Shown here in pieces: positions 55,743 to 57,191 of a stretch of 57,191 nt of DNA. The position numbers were made by a program, and so were the translations under genes. The stretch's first letter is position 1, and each line of letters opens with the position of its first letter. Where the stretch lies: the IMG/VR virus record IMGVR_UViG_3300044724_009593, positions 1 through 57,191 of that record, one strand, 5' to 3'. The DNA comes from a virus (taxonomy: Duplodnaviria; Caudoviricetes). The notes below the pieces were generated by a model, which worked only from the letters and a program-made list of their open reading frames with translations, ran no database searches and had not been told where the DNA came from.

Positions 55743-56022
55743 ATCCTACTATGATGATGACGGGAAACAATGGCTAGTACAGTTGGGAAATGACTACCAA
55801 CTCAGCATCATCCGTCATCGTGGTAGTATGGGATACCGTGAAGGGTTATTTGAAATCGGTGTGTTCGGTGACTGTGATAGCATGGTTGAACTGCCAGGTA
55901 TCACAGCAGAAGGGGATACTGTTAAAGGATTCCTTACACCCGAAGAGGTTAACTGTATCATCCTTAAAATGCAATTCCTTACAGACTCAGCACCAGTTTC
56001 GGTGTTTGGGTACCTAAACTAA
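55708..56022 (+). CDS. Hypothetical early phage protein
   Basis: SMGYREGLFEIGV..DTVKGFLT motif. Confidence 0.75.
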   Translation: MRIDFQKAYASKSYYDDDGKQWLVQLGNDYQLSIIRHRGSMGYREGLFEIGVFGDCDSMVELPGITAEGDTVKGFLTPEEVNCIILKMQFLTDSAPVSVFGYLN

Positions 56023-56032
56023 ATATTCTACT

Positions 56033-56109
56033 GGACCTCTAGCTCAATAGGTTAGAGCACACGACTCATAATCGTTAGGTTCTCGGTTCAAGTCCGAGGG
56101 GGTCCACCA
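56033..56109 (+). tRNA. tRNA with CAU anticodon, most likely tRNA-Ile2 (lysidine type)
   Basis: GGACCTC/GGGGTCC stem with C4-G69 and C5-G68; GACTCATAATCG arm typical of Ile2; CCA. Confidence 0.88.
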
Positions 56110-56134
56110 ACAACCTACACCCCAGGAGAATTAA

Positions 56135-56317
56135 ATGGATTTTAATCACTTTGTATTAATGTTAGCTACTGCATTTGCTTTCGGTATCTTTGGATATGTC
56201 CTAGGTGAGCAAGAACGAGAACGGCAAGCAATCGAACGAGGCTTTGCAATCCACTGTCCATTAGATGGTAAATTTGGTTGGATAGACGAATGCAAAGAAG
56301 AACTTGACATACCTTAG
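56135..56317 (+). CDS. Small membrane-anchored protein
   Basis: AGGAG RBS; N-terminal TM. Confidence 0.7.
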   Translation: MDFNHFVLMLATAFAFGIFGYVLGEQERERQAIERGFAIHCPLDGKFGWIDECKEELDIP

Positions 56318-56331
56318 TTACATGCTATAAT
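56304..56331 (+). promoter_or_regulatory. Consensus sigma70 promoter upstream of the atypical tRNA
   Basis: TTGACA-16 nt-TATAAT with TGn extension. Confidence 0.8.
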
Positions 56332-56348
56332 AAAGTTATATTGAAAAT

Positions 56349-56435
56349 GCGGGGCGTTCCTTCCAGCTGTCTTATAAGCAGTCAGCCAAACAGGGAGGCG
56401 GTGCTATAGAGGTTCAACTCCTCCGCCCCGTACCA
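56349..56435 (+). tRNA. Atypical tRNA-like RNA: UAU anticodon, no D arm, long variable region
   Basis: GCGGGGC/GCCCCGT-A-CCA; GCTGT-CTTATAA-GCAGT; GAGG-TTCAACT-CCTC; only about 10 nt where the D arm should be. Confidence 0.75.
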
Positions 56436-56457
56436 CTTAACCCTAACCACTTTACTT

Positions 56458-57141
56458 ATGATATCTAAACGTGTGCGAGATCGTTTTGTAGCACAGCACG
56501 GGGAACCGGCTAACCTAGATGAATTAGGACGAGCCCTTGTCGCCCATATCAACAACCTTGGTGAAAGCTCAAAGGGCCGTGATAAGGGTCAGCGGGTGCT
56601 GGGCTTAGTTTGGAATATTAGCTCAGGCGAGCAGTGCAACAGCCACAACGCACCTGTTGGTATCCCAAGTAGTTTTAGTGACCCTGAGAGGTTTCCTGCG
56701 TTTTATGGTAAGGTATGGCTGAGACTAGCCAAGCCTCCTGGATGGTCTGTAACTGATTACTTTGAGGGTACTTGTTGTCACTTAGGATCAGGTGGAGGCG
56801 GGTCATATGAAGGCCCTTGGGATCAAATATACGAAATGTGGCATAAGCAGCATAGACGTTGGCGCACTCGGGTAAAGTTGGACTACCCTGAACCTAGCCT
56901 ATACAGTTGGACATTTACTATCTGGCTGCAGGATTGGCCTCTAATCGAAAAGCATTACAGTAAGTTAGACATGCTTGACATGATCAAAGGAGTTAGGGTA
57001 GATTACCTTAAACGTAATCATACGTTTACCTATGAAGCAGAAGGCATAGATGCTGCTGATGGCAAATATATACAGCAGTATGCCGAGATTGACTATTCTT
57101 TTTGTAGAGATAACCTTTTAAACGAGATTTTTAATGACTGA
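56458..57141 (+). CDS. Hypothetical phage protein
   Basis: 227 aa; NSHNAP, HLGSGGGG motifs. Confidence 0.75.
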   Translation: MISKRVRDRFVAQHGEPANLDELGRALVAHINNLGESSKGRDKGQRVLGLVWNISSGEQCNSHNAPVGIPSSFSDPERFPAFYGKVWLRLAKPPGWSVTDYFEGTCCHLGSGGGGSYEGPWDQIYEMWHKQHRRWRTRVKLDYPEPSLYSWTFTIWLQDWPLIEKHYSKLDMLDMIKGVRVDYLKRNHTFTYEAEGIDAADGKYIQQYAEIDYSFCRDNLLNEIFND

Positions 57142-57191
57142 AGAAACAATCCAAGAACTTGAATATATCCTACGTGAACAGCAGAGTATGC

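Noticed and set aside
1-57191. Stop-codon reassignment as in some large phages
   Set aside because: Known genes are full length in the standard code, all three stops are used, and no suppressor tRNA was seen

Overview
AT-rich, gene-dense segment of a large tailed (T4-like/jumbo myovirus-type) phage. The host is probably an alphaproteobacterium, since the phage carries a Shemin-pathway 5-aminolevulinate synthase. Left part (1-17.7 kb): PAAR spike, glutaredoxin, class Ia ribonucleotide reductase, exonuclease, NfuA-like protein, PRPP synthetase, putative internal head proteins and several unlisted micro-ORFs, including a 26-aa, 9-Cys metallothionein-like peptide. Centre (17.9-41.8 kb, minus strand): one ~24 kb run of abutting or overlapping genes. 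It starts with a 1749-aa tail fibre and continues through three small proteins with related N-termini; one carries a perfect (Cys-X)24-Cys tract fused directly to an S74 autocleaving chaperone. About 20 further genes follow, mostly tailoring-type enzymes: a radical SAM/SPASM enzyme, a second radical SAM, three tryptophan-halogenase-like flavoproteins, about nine 2OG-Fe(II)-oxygenase-like proteins and a glycosyltransferase. This looks like a RiPP-style maturation system for a virion fibre and is the main candidate novel system. Right part: further tail and virion proteins, hemA-ybaN, HNH, YqgE, a lysin, and an early sigma70-type region with three canonical tRNAs, a D-armless UAU tRNA-like gene with its own promoter, and an unassigned GC-rich structured RNA. 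All calls are from motif reading; no database searches were run.
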